DNA from: a virus
Taxonomy: Duplodnaviria > Caudoviricetes
Reading direction: 5' to 3' (one strand)
Virus record (IMG/VR): IMGVR_UViG_3300017902_000306
Location: 10,083-74,082 of that record
Length of the DNA stretch: 64,000 nt
The position numbers and the translations under genes were made by a program. The notes under the pieces were generated by a model, which was not told where the DNA came from, made no database searches, and was given only the letters and a program-made list of their open reading frames with translations. Shown piece by piece: positions 38,891 through 47,622 of this stretch. Position 1 is the first letter of the stretch, and every line of letters begins with the position of its first letter.

Positions 38891-39306
38891 AGATTGGATT
38901 TACTTGCGGTTCATTTGATTTGTTACACGCTGGCCATGTGGTCATGTTTGAAGAAGCAAAAGAAAATTGTGACTTCTTGATAGTGGGACTACAGACAGAC
39001 CCCACCTTAGACAGATCAGATAAAAACAAACCCATACAAAGTATCTACGAAAGATACATTCAGTTGTATGGATTGAAGTGGATTGATGAAGTCATACCAT
39101 ATGATAGAGAAACTTGTCTCATGGATATCTTGAACACCAAAAAAATTGATGTCAGATTTGTTGGTGAAGAATACAAAGACAAACAGTTTACGGGGTCACA
39201 CTTGCCCATAGAAATTTACTACACCAGCAGACAACACACCTTTTCCTCTACCGAACTGAGAGATAGAGTAACTAGGGGTGAGATAAAAGAAAAGATTAAA
39301 AGATGA
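38887..39306 (+). CDS. TagD-like cytidylyltransferase
   Basis: GFTCGSFDLLHAGH (HxGH), K.KPIQ...ER, R.HTFSST.LR. Confidence 0.85.
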   Translation: MKIGFTCGSFDLLHAGHVVMFEEAKENCDFLIVGLQTDPTLDRSDKNKPIQSIYERYIQLYGLKWIDEVIPYDRETCLMDILNTKKIDVRFVGEEYKDKQFTGSHLPIEIYYTSRQHTFSSTELRDRVTRGEIKEKIKR

Positions 39307-40298
39307 AGATTACATGTGCTAGATTGCGATCAAACGTAAGATATAATGGCCCACTGGAAACCGTATTGGATAGTTTCTTAGAAAACTATAGATTGTGGAT
39401 GCGTAACAATCCACAACACCAGTATGAGACATACAACATATCCTTCAATCAGTATCGTCCACAGAGAACACCAGAGACAATAGAGTGGGCAGATGCGATT
39501 GTGATACCAAGTGACAGTGAGTTTCGGTATCATGGTGAGTTGCAGATGAACCCAAAAGATTTGGCAAAGTCTCAATCACACATGGAAAAAATTATTCCCT
39601 TCTTCAAGGACAAACATGTAATTGTCCTGAGATCAGACAGGGGTGACAGTGAAGAACTCTACAGGGAACACACTCTACAGAACATACCAATCAAGTCCTA
39701 CACCGAGATTGATGAGATTGATTTCTCTGGTAACATCCACGGTATGAAGTATCATTTCATTCGTGACAAGTTTGACAATGCCATATCTGAGATGTTTGGT
39801 AGGTCATACAATCACGACTTTGGATATTGGGGTAGGATGAAAGATGGGTGTGATCGTGGTAAAGTGTTGAGAAAGATTTACAGAGACCCAGACATCTCTA
39901 CCATTCTGATTGGCGGGTTTCCCTCTGGTATGCAAAGACAATCTGCGTGGATCAAAGATTGGAATCAGTTGTATCCAAAATTGTCTCCGTGTCGATCCAC
40001 ACTTTGTTTCAACTGGAAAGACCCCAAGGCCACTACTTCAAGATATGTAGAGGCACTTGCGATTGGTATGATTCCGTTTGTTTATCAGAACTATGATGAG
40101 AACAATACATATAACATTGATGATTGGCAAAGAGTGCAGGACTTTGATGAATTCAGAGAGAAGGTTGGAGTGCTGAAAACCCCGTCAGTCATGGCAGATA
40201 AACTTTCTGAATACAGGAAGAATTACGAAAAGGTTTTATTATCCAAAGAAGGATACTATGAAATCTTTGCTCACAAAATGAATAAGGTTTTTGCATGA
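39303..40298 (+). CDS. GT-B glycosyltransferase resembling T4 DNA beta-glucosyltransferase
   Basis: YWGRMK, TTSRYVEALA.G..PFV...YD C-terminal pattern; 331 aa; adjacent to gp47. Confidence 0.55.
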   Translation: MKITCARLRSNVRYNGPLETVLDSFLENYRLWMRNNPQHQYETYNISFNQYRPQRTPETIEWADAIVIPSDSEFRYHGELQMNPKDLAKSQSHMEKIIPFFKDKHVIVLRSDRGDSEELYREHTLQNIPIKSYTEIDEIDFSGNIHGMKYHFIRDKFDNAISEMFGRSYNHDFGYWGRMKDGCDRGKVLRKIYRDPDISTILIGGFPSGMQRQSAWIKDWNQLYPKLSPCRSTLCFNWKDPKATTSRYVEALAIGMIPFVYQNYDENNTYNIDDWQRVQDFDEFREKVGVLKTPSVMADKLSEYRKNYEKVLLSKEGYYEIFAHKMNKVFA

Positions 40299-41344
40299 AG
40301 GTTGCTTTAGTTACTGACACTCACTTTGGTGCGAGGTCAGACAGTCTTGCTTTTGACGCTTACTTCAAGAGGTTCTATGATGACTTCTTTTTCCCATCTC
40401 TACAAGCGCAAGGGATAAATACTATTGTTCATTTGGGTGATGTATTCGATAGAAGAAAGTTCATCAACTACAACACACTGAAGTCTTGTAAAGAATACTT
40501 TTTCGGACAAGCACATCGTCTGGGTATGACCATGCACATGATCCCAGGCAATCACGATACTTATTTTAAAAATACTAACGATGTAAACTCTCTGGAATTG
40601 TTGTTGCAAGAATACGACAACATAAAAATTTACCCAGAAGTTTCGGAGCTGGAATTAGATGGAAGAAAAATACTATTTGTTCCGTGGATATGTAGCGATA
40701 ATTATCATGGCACTATGGAGAAAGTTAAGGTCACTGATGCCAAAGTTTGTTTTGGACATTTTGAGTTTACTGGTTTCCAAATGTATAAAGGTGTGCCGAA
40801 TGATCATGGAATGGATCACGATCCCTTTAGGCATTTTGATTTGGTTTGTAGTGGGCATTTCCATCACCGCAGTTCTAGGGACAACGTTACTTATCTTGGT
40901 AACCCTTATGAAATTACTTGGTCTGATTTCCAAGATGATAGAGGATTCAATATCTATGATACGGAAACGAATCAGTTAGACTTCCACAAAAATCCATTCC
41001 GCATGTTCCACAAGTTGTTTTACAACGATGTTGATGGTCAGAGTAAGTTTGATTTGGCTGAGGTTGTTGGTGCTTGTGTCAAACTGATTGTTGTCAAGAA
41101 AGAAAACTTTATGAAGTTTGACAAACTGGTGGATTCCCTGTATACTTGTAACTGTGTAGAACTAAAAATAATTGAAGACTTCTCGGAGTTTGAAGATGAG
41201 GCAGTCGGTGAAGTAGAGTTGCAAGTGGATGACACTATGACTCTGTTGCGAGAATATATAAACAACACGGTTACTGACTTAGATAAAGATAGATTGACAT
41301 CTGTTATGCAGACGTTGTATGTTGAGGCACAACACGAATTATGA
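40295..41344 (+). CDS. gp47: Recombination endonuclease subunit (Mre11/SbcD-like)
   Basis: TDTHFG, HLGDVFDRRK, GNHD, SGHFH, YLGNPYE..W.D. Confidence 0.96.
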   Translation: MKVALVTDTHFGARSDSLAFDAYFKRFYDDFFFPSLQAQGINTIVHLGDVFDRRKFINYNTLKSCKEYFFGQAHRLGMTMHMIPGNHDTYFKNTNDVNSLELLLQEYDNIKIYPEVSELELDGRKILFVPWICSDNYHGTMEKVKVTDAKVCFGHFEFTGFQMYKGVPNDHGMDHDPFRHFDLVCSGHFHHRSSRDNVTYLGNPYEITWSDFQDDRGFNIYDTETNQLDFHKNPFRMFHKLFYNDVDGQSKFDLAEVVGACVKLIVVKKENFMKFDKLVDSLYTCNCVELKIIEDFSEFEDEAVGEVELQVDDTMTLLREYINNTVTDLDKDRLTSVMQTLYVEAQHEL

Positions 41345-43011
41345 TAATGTTTCAAAAACTGCGGTGGAAGAATTTTCTATCCACCGGCAACTCTTTTACA
41401 GAGATAGATTTTATGAGAAACCCCACGACATTGATCGTGGGGGAAAACGGCAGTGGTAAGTCTACTTGTCTTGATGCGCTGTGTTTCGGATTGTTCAATA
41501 AACCATTTCGTAGTATCAATAAACCACAACTAGTAAACTCAATCAACGGCAAACGACTGATGGTTGAGATTGAATTTTCTGTGGGTAAAAAACACTACAA
41601 GGTTGTGCGTGGTATGAAACCACATGTGTTTGAAATCTACTGCAATGATCAGTTCATTGATCAGGATGCTGCTGCTCGTGACACACAGAAGTATCTGGAA
41701 GACAGTATCTTGAAACTAAACTACAAGTCATTCACTCAGATCGTGATATTGGGTTCTGCTTCTTTTACTCCCTTCATGCAGTTGCCTACTACGCACAGAC
41801 GAGAGATCATTGAGGACTTATTGGATATCCAAATCTTCACGAACATGAATCTTCTTTTGAAGGAGAAGATCGGTGTGTTGAAGGATGAGATAAGTTCTAT
41901 TGAAGGTGCCATTGAAGTGGCAAAACAAAAGACAAAAGTTCAAAAAGAATATATAGATACGTTGGAAAGTGATAAAGCCACCCGACTCAACAACTTGGAG
42001 GAACAAATCAATGCGCTCGAGCAGGAAATTGCAACAAACCAAGAGGAGACAAATACAAGGGAGGCGGAGAAACTGGCTCTTGGCAACCCAAAAGAGGAAC
42101 AAAGAAACCTTGAGGGACACCGAAAACAATTCCAATCAGATATTGCTCAAGCCCAAAGAGAGTTAGATTTTTATGAAAATAACGAGGACTGTCCAACCTG
42201 TAAGCAGGGCATACCACACGAACACAAAAGACAGGCGCAAGAATCCAAATCCAGAGAGATTCAAGACCTTACTAAAGCAACGAAAGGCCTTGACAAAAGA
42301 TACGAAGAAGTAGTAGGGACACTAGAAAAGTTTGTTGATCTGTCTAATCAGATATCAGAGTTGCAAACTGAGATGTTGTCTCAAGAAAGATATAAGAATA
42401 CTTTACAGAATGATCTCAACTCTCTAAAAGATAACAGGGCAAACATAGATGAGGAGTCAAAGAAACTCAAGTCTATGGCAAAAGATGTTCTTGATCAGAA
42501 TGCCAACAAGTCTGCAAAGAATGAAGAACAACACTACAACATTGCTGCATCGCATTTGTTGAAAGACACTGGTATCAAGACAAGAATCATCAAACAGTAT
42601 TTGCCTGCCATCAATACGTTGGTCAATAAATACTTGCAGTCAATGGACTTCTTTGTTCACTTTGAGTTGGATGAGAAGTTCAATGAAACAATCAAGTCTC
42701 GACACAGAGACAGATTTAGTTACGCCTCATTCAGTGAGGGTGAGAAACAACGCATCGACTTGGCATTGTTGTTCACATGGAGAACGATTGCCAAGATGAA
42801 GAACAGTGCAAGCACAAACCTCTTGATACTTGATGAGGTGTTTGATAGTTCACTTGATAACAATGGAACTGACTATGTGATGCAGTTGTTGAATACTATC
42901 GGAGATCAAACAAATGTCTTTGTGATTAGTCACAAGGGTGATCAGTTGTTTGATAAGTTTAGAAGTCAGATTAAGTTTGAAAAGAAACAGAATTATTCGG
43001 TGATGACATGA
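41341..43011 (+). CDS. gp46: Recombination endonuclease ATPase subunit (Rad50/SbcC-like)
   Basis: GENGSGKST, CPTC hook, FSEGEK signature, LDEVFD. Confidence 0.96.
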   Translation: MIMFQKLRWKNFLSTGNSFTEIDFMRNPTTLIVGENGSGKSTCLDALCFGLFNKPFRSINKPQLVNSINGKRLMVEIEFSVGKKHYKVVRGMKPHVFEIYCNDQFIDQDAAARDTQKYLEDSILKLNYKSFTQIVILGSASFTPFMQLPTTHRREIIEDLLDIQIFTNMNLLLKEKIGVLKDEISSIEGAIEVAKQKTKVQKEYIDTLESDKATRLNNLEEQINALEQEIATNQEETNTREAEKLALGNPKEEQRNLEGHRKQFQSDIAQAQRELDFYENNEDCPTCKQGIPHEHKRQAQESKSREIQDLTKATKGLDKRYEEVVGTLEKFVDLSNQISELQTEMLSQERYKNTLQNDLNSLKDNRANIDEESKKLKSMAKDVLDQNANKSAKNEEQHYNIAASHLLKDTGIKTRIIKQYLPAINTLVNKYLQSMDFFVHFELDEKFNETIKSRHRDRFSYASFSEGEKQRIDLALLFTWRTIAKMKNSASTNLLILDEVFDSSLDNNGTDYVMQLLNTIGDQTNVFVISHKGDQLFDKFRSQIKFEKKQNYSVMT

Positions 43012-43520
43012 TGGAATTACTACCACTGAACCACCCTATGTTGAAGGTTCCACCTACTGAGTTTACTGCGTGGGACGAGGCAGAGGATATTGGTGAGATG
43101 ATATTTACAAGACAACAGGCAATTGGTGGAGTAGGACTCTCTGCCAATCAAGTCGGATTGAACTATAGAATGTTCACGATGGGTATAAAGAAAGACAAGT
43201 GGATCATGTTCAATCCAGAACTGGTGTCTGTTAGTGAAGAACAAGTGAAGATGGAAGAAGGATGTCTCAGCGCCCCAGGCATTATGTTGAAAGTGTGGCG
43301 TCCTGAGAAATGCACCATCTCATATCAGAACGCAGATCAAGAAATTGTCATGGAAGAATTTGATGGTCTGTGGGCTAGAGTTGCCTTGCATGAGTATGAT
43401 CATATGTTGGGGCAAAACTTCTTGATGCGAGTCAGCAAACTACAGTTGGACAGGGCAATCAAGAAGGTGAAAAAACAACAAAGAAAAATTAAAAAAATAA
43501 AAGAGGAGCAAGTTGTATAA
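43008..43520 (+). CDS. def: Peptide deformylase
   Basis: GVGLSANQVG, EGCLS, HEYDH. Confidence 0.93.
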   Translation: MMELLPLNHPMLKVPPTEFTAWDEAEDIGEMIFTRQQAIGGVGLSANQVGLNYRMFTMGIKKDKWIMFNPELVSVSEEQVKMEEGCLSAPGIMLKVWRPEKCTISYQNADQEIVMEEFDGLWARVALHEYDHMLGQNFLMRVSKLQLDRAIKKVKKQQRKIKKIKEEQVV

Positions 43521-43686
43521 ATATATAGCGAAGGCTTGGCTGGTGTGGAAATTTGCAGTTGGGTCTTTCTCGGACGAAAAAACAAAAGACTACGATGATA
43601 TTGTAGCTATCGTTAGAACAATGATTGTATTGGTCAATTTTGTCACATGCTTTTTTATAATGGCCAATGCAATAAGGCACTGGTAA
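43513..43686 (+). CDS. Small membrane protein (not in the ORF track)
   Basis: TTG start after GAGGAG: MYKYIAKAWLVWKFAVGSFSDEKTKDYDDIVAIVRTMIVLVNFVTCFFIMANAIRHW; resembles a common marine-phage peptide ending in RHW. Confidence 0.55.
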   Translation: MYKYIAKAWLVWKFAVGSFSDEKTKDYDDIVAIVRTMIVLVNFVTCFFIMANAIRHW

Positions 43687-43690
43687 AAAA

Positions 43691-44077
43691 ATGGCATACT
43701 CAGATAAAGTTATAGATCACTACGAGAACCCCAGAAATGTCGGCAAATGGGAGCCTGGCACTGAGGGGGTTGGAACTGGAATGGTTGGCGCACCCGCTTG
43801 TGGTGATGTCATGCGATTGCAGATCAAGGTAGAAGACGATAGAATTATTGATGCAAAATTTAAAACCTATGGTTGCGGTTCTGCAATTGCATCATCCTCA
43901 CTTCTTACCGAATGGGTAAAAGACAAAACTCTGGATCAAGCTTCAGAGATAAAGAATACAGAACTTGCCGAAGAACTGGCACTCCCGCCCGTGAAAATTC
44001 ACTGTAGTGTTTTGGCGGAAGACGCCATAAAAGCCGCAATCAAAGATTACAAGGAAAGATATGCTGGAGATAACTGA
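43691..44077 (+). CDS. iscU: Fe-S cluster scaffold IscU
   Basis: YSDKVIDHYENPRNVG, GAPACGDVM, FKTYGCGSAIAS, LPPVKIHCS. Confidence 0.96.
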   Translation: MAYSDKVIDHYENPRNVGKWEPGTEGVGTGMVGAPACGDVMRLQIKVEDDRIIDAKFKTYGCGSAIASSSLLTEWVKDKTLDQASEIKNTELAEELALPPVKIHCSVLAEDAIKAAIKDYKERYAGDN

Positions 44078-44387
44078 TACAGCTAAGTCATATTGGAGTA
44101 ATCTACTTGCCCAAAAGCCTGGCGCTAAGTATGTTCGACTGTCCATCAAGGGTGGTGGATGTGCTGGATTCTCATATGAATGGCAATACACCGACAACGA
44201 TGACAGAGGCACACTAGTTGATGATATCGTAGTGGTGGATGATGTTGCCAGCACCGCAGTTATCGGTAGCACAGTTGATTTTGTAGAGAACTTGGGTGGT
44301 TCTCACATAGAACTTACCAACCCAAATGAAGCAAGTGCTTGTGGGTGCGGAGAGAGTATACAATTCGTAGATGCTGTTATTGGATAA
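44061..44387 (+). CDS. iscA: A-type Fe-S carrier (IscA/HesB family)
   Basis: GGGCAGFSY and NPN...CGCGES. Confidence 0.88.
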   Translation: MLEITDTAKSYWSNLLAQKPGAKYVRLSIKGGGCAGFSYEWQYTDNDDRGTLVDDIVVVDDVASTAVIGSTVDFVENLGGSHIELTNPNEASACGCGESIQFVDAVIG

Positions 44388-44395
44388 GGAGAGAA

Positions 44396-44545
44396 ATGAC
44401 AGAAAAAGAGCTAGAGAGTTGGGTAATAAATAATCCTATCTTGGCCAATGCAGTGTTCCCAACATGCGTAGTTTTGGGGGCATTGACCTTAATGACGGGG
44501 ATGATATTTTTTATTGATTGGATGTTGTATATACATTCATTCTAG
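44396..44545 (+). CDS. Small membrane peptide
   Basis: AGGAG RBS, ATG 44396, one hydrophobic helix. Confidence 0.5.
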   Translation: MTEKELESWVINNPILANAVFPTCVVLGALTLMTGMIFFIDWMLYIHSF

Positions 44546-44554
44546 GAGAAAGAC

Positions 44555-44923
44555 ATGTCAGATGATTTCGATTTTGGTTTTACTGCGGTAGATGATATAC
44601 CTACCACTGCCAGTGAACCATCTCAGCCCGTAAGGGCAGAATTACCAGATGATGCGCTAGATGCCATCATGGATAAATTGGAACAATTAGAATCAAGAAT
44701 TCTGTCTGCTGATAACAGTGACATGATCAATGAACATCGCTCTCTGTTGGAGTCAGATATCGCACAGAAACTTCAGGCGGTTGAAGGATTGATTCTACCA
44801 CTATTACACAATCTGAAAAAGAATCCAGAGAAGGACTATATTCACTGGCCAAATAGGAACGTGATTATAGATAAACAAATAGAGAAAATACAGGCGGTGA
44901 CAAGATACTATGAAAGAATCTAA
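44555..44923 (+). CDS. Conserved hypothetical T4-like protein
   Basis: DFDFGFTAVD...NLKKNPEKDYIHWPNR. Confidence 0.7.
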   Translation: MSDDFDFGFTAVDDIPTTASEPSQPVRAELPDDALDAIMDKLEQLESRILSADNSDMINEHRSLLESDIAQKLQAVEGLILPLLHNLKKNPEKDYIHWPNRNVIIDKQIEKIQAVTRYYERI

Positions 44924-45080
44924 CAAAACAGAACAAGATTTACTCATTGAGGTTCAAGGGGATCAACTGAGATTTGAAGAAAAAAGACTCCAGCAACAGC
45001 AGGAAAAAATCAAAAAACAGGCCGAATTGATCGCTGAACAGACCAAAATGAGTCAAATTTTGTCAAAAGAAACCATATAA
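44910..45080 (+). CDS. Small coiled-coil protein (not in the ORF track)
   Basis: MKESNKTEQDLLIEVQGDQLRFEEKRLQQQQEKIKKQAELIAEQTKMSQILSKETI. Confidence 0.45.
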   Translation: MKESNKTEQDLLIEVQGDQLRFEEKRLQQQQEKIKKQAELIAEQTKMSQILSKETI

Positions 45081-45085
45081 ATTTA

Positions 45086-45098
45086 TAAGCCCTTGATT
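45086..45098 (-). promoter_or_regulatory. IHF-consensus box
   Basis: Reverse complement AATCAAGGGCTTA matches WATCAANNNNTTR. Confidence 0.55.
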
Positions 45099-45134
45099 TA
45101 AAAGGGAAACTATTTTCACTTTTTTCGCTCGAGC

Positions 45135-45166
45135 CCCTTGACATCTGCTTCGATAGCTGTCATAAT
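45135..45166 (+). promoter_or_regulatory. Early promoter
   Basis: CCC-TTGACA-17-CATAAT with extended TG. Confidence 0.8.
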
Positions 45167-45194
45167 ATGTATATATTGAGATGAGAGATAGTTA

Positions 45195-47507
45195 ATGAAT
45201 ATAGGTTCCAAATCCCAACTCGCCAAGTTGCTCGCCACCGAGGATATCTCTGTGGAACATGCAAATGTCGAGACTGCGTATTTCGATCTGAAAGAACGCA
45301 AGGTGGTTCTTCCCAACTGGAAGGACATGCCCCCCGAATTGTATGATCTACTGCTTGGCCACGAGATCGGTCACGCTCTTGTTACCCCGCTAGAGGGTTG
45401 GCATGATGCGACTTGTTCCGAGGGCCCTGCCTTCAAATCATTTCTTAATGTTGTCGAGGATGCTCGTAACGAGCGACTGACCAAACTACGATACCCTGGC
45501 TTAGTCAAGTCATTCTACAAGGGTTACAGTATACTTCACAAAAGAGATTTCTTTGGTATTGGTGATCGTGATGTCAATACCTTGCCTCTTATTGATCGAA
45601 TCAACCTACACTACAAAGTGGGTTCATTCGCCAATGTTTCTTTCACTGCTGAAGAACAAATCTGGCTCAATGCGATTGATGCCGCTGAGGAATGGGATGA
45701 AGTTGAACAGATTGCTCGTGACTTGTTTGCTCTCGCCAAACAAGAGATGCAAGATCAACCACAAGCACCATCCATGCCAGAACAATCTGATGATGTTGAA
45801 GAATCCGATGATGCTGGTTCTGCTCCTTCACCTAGTCCACTTGATGATGCTGAAGATGGCGAAGAACAAGATGGCGACACTGGTTCCGATGGTGAGTCTG
45901 ATGACGGTGAAGAATCTGATGAAGATGTTGACGGTGAGACTGGCGACATTTCTTCTGATGATGCCGAAGAAGAAAAAGATTCTGACTCCGAGGCCGAATC
46001 AAAAGAGGAGTCTGGTGATATTGATCTAGGTAGTGAAATCAATGATCCAGTTGCTGCCACTGACATGGCATTCCGTGAGAATGAGGAACGTCTAGTTGAG
46101 AATTCTCAAAATGAGTGTGTTGTCACTGCTAGAGTTCCTAAGTTGAATCGTGCTCGAAACGTGATGACTACTGATCAAACATGGTCAGAACCCTTTGTGG
46201 TCTCAAAAGATCGTTGGTCACATGACCATCTTTCTCCTGCCGAACAAAAGAAGTTCGTTAAAAAGTTGAATGAGGAATTTCAAAACAAAAACAAATCTTC
46301 CATCAATCAATTGGTGATGCAGTTTGAGATGAAGCGCAAGGCGTCAGAGTTACGCAAGGCTCAGGTCAACAATACTGGTAAGTTGAATGAAGACAAGTTG
46401 TGGGCTTACAAGTTGACTGATGATTTGTTTCTGTCAAACACTGTTGTGCCTAAGGGTCAGAATCATGGTATGTTCATGGTTCTGGATATGTCTGGTTCAA
46501 TGGGTAACCATATGGAAGGAACTATCGAACAGTTATTGATCCAAGTTTCTTTCTGTCAAAAAGTTGGCATCCCATTTGATGTTTACGGGTTCACTTCCTG
46601 TATGGGAACCCCAGACTCACTTGGGCCAAAACAGTCAATGAACAGTGGTGAACTGGTTGTGGAAAACGGCGTTGGCCTTGTTCAGTTGATTACTTCTGAC
46701 AAAGGTTCTGCTGAGTTTACTAGGTGTTTTGAAAACTTGCTCATGTATGCAAGTTGTTTCGGAACTTTTTGCTCTCGCAATAGTAGGGAGTCTTATCAGG
46801 ACTGCTACGTTGAATACTACAATCTTCCTAATTGGTTACAACTTGGTGGCACTCCGCTTGCTCAGTCAATGGTGGTTGCTATTGATGTTGCTAAGGAGTT
46901 CAAATCACGCAACAAAGTTGAAGTGTTGAACACAATCGTGTTGTCTGATGGTGAGAATACTGACAATTTCAGTGTTGTTGATACCAATGTCGATGGCCAT
47001 GTTACCTTCAACCGATTCCAAACAATTCCTAACAAACTTGTTCTGAAAGATGGTTACACTTCTGTCGTTGTCACTGAACCTGAGAGTAGTTTCTATCGTG
47101 GTTGGGGTTCAATCTCCAGAGGCATTTCACTGAAGGGTGTCATGGAATTGTTCAAGTCTGTCACTGAGTCTCGAATGATTCACTTGTTCCTTTGCGGCAA
47201 AAGCAAACGTGAAGTCAAAAACAATTGGCACGACATGACTGGCATCCGTGATCACTGGACACCAAACCCAGAGTTTGAAAAGACTTACAAAGAATTCTGG
47301 AACAAAAAAGATTTCTTGCCTGTCGATAGTGTATGGGGATTTGATGCTGCGTTTCTGATCAAGGGTGATTCGCTCAAAGTTGAGGAAGCGGAATTGGAAA
47401 TCAAGTCTGAGAAAAAGGCCGATGTGCTGCGTGGATTCCGCCAGTTTCAGTCTAAAAAGACTAATTCCCGCCACTTCATTAACCGATTCATTGATCAGGT
47501 TGCGTAA
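45195..47507 (+). CDS. cobT: CobT-like VWA/metallopeptidase-domain protein
   Basis: TAYFDLKER...LP.W, HEIGH, NVVEDAR, acidic linker, DMSGSM MIDAS, GGTPL, LSDGE. Confidence 0.75.
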   Translation: MNIGSKSQLAKLLATEDISVEHANVETAYFDLKERKVVLPNWKDMPPELYDLLLGHEIGHALVTPLEGWHDATCSEGPAFKSFLNVVEDARNERLTKLRYPGLVKSFYKGYSILHKRDFFGIGDRDVNTLPLIDRINLHYKVGSFANVSFTAEEQIWLNAIDAAEEWDEVEQIARDLFALAKQEMQDQPQAPSMPEQSDDVEESDDAGSAPSPSPLDDAEDGEEQDGDTGSDGESDDGEESDEDVDGETGDISSDDAEEEKDSDSEAESKEESGDIDLGSEINDPVAATDMAFRENEERLVENSQNECVVTARVPKLNRARNVMTTDQTWSEPFVVSKDRWSHDHLSPAEQKKFVKKLNEEFQNKNKSSINQLVMQFEMKRKASELRKAQVNNTGKLNEDKLWAYKLTDDLFLSNTVVPKGQNHGMFMVLDMSGSMGNHMEGTIEQLLIQVSFCQKVGIPFDVYGFTSCMGTPDSLGPKQSMNSGELVVENGVGLVQLITSDKGSAEFTRCFENLLMYASCFGTFCSRNSRESYQDCYVEYYNLPNWLQLGGTPLAQSMVVAIDVAKEFKSRNKVEVLNTIVLSDGENTDNFSVVDTNVDGHVTFNRFQTIPNKLVLKDGYTSVVVTEPESSFYRGWGSISRGISLKGVMELFKSVTESRMIHLFLCGKSKREVKNNWHDMTGIRDHWTPNPEFEKTYKEFWNKKDFLPVDSVWGFDAAFLIKGDSLKVEEAELEIKSEKKADVLRGFRQFQSKKTNSRHFINRFIDQVA

Positions 47508-47517
47508 GTTGTTGATT
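47505..47517 (-). promoter_or_regulatory. IHF-consensus box
   Basis: Reverse complement AATCAACAACTTA. Confidence 0.55.
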
Positions 47518-47553
47518 TCAAAGGGAAAGAAAATTAAATTATTTTCGCCAAGC

Positions 47554-47585
47554 CCCTTGACATTTGCTATAAAGGCTGGTAAGCT
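47554..47585 (+). promoter_or_regulatory. Early promoter
   Basis: CCC-TTGACA-17-TAAGCT with extended TG. Confidence 0.7.
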
Positions 47586-47622
47586 AGGTATATAAAGTTG
47601 AGAAATTGAGAGTGAGTTTATT

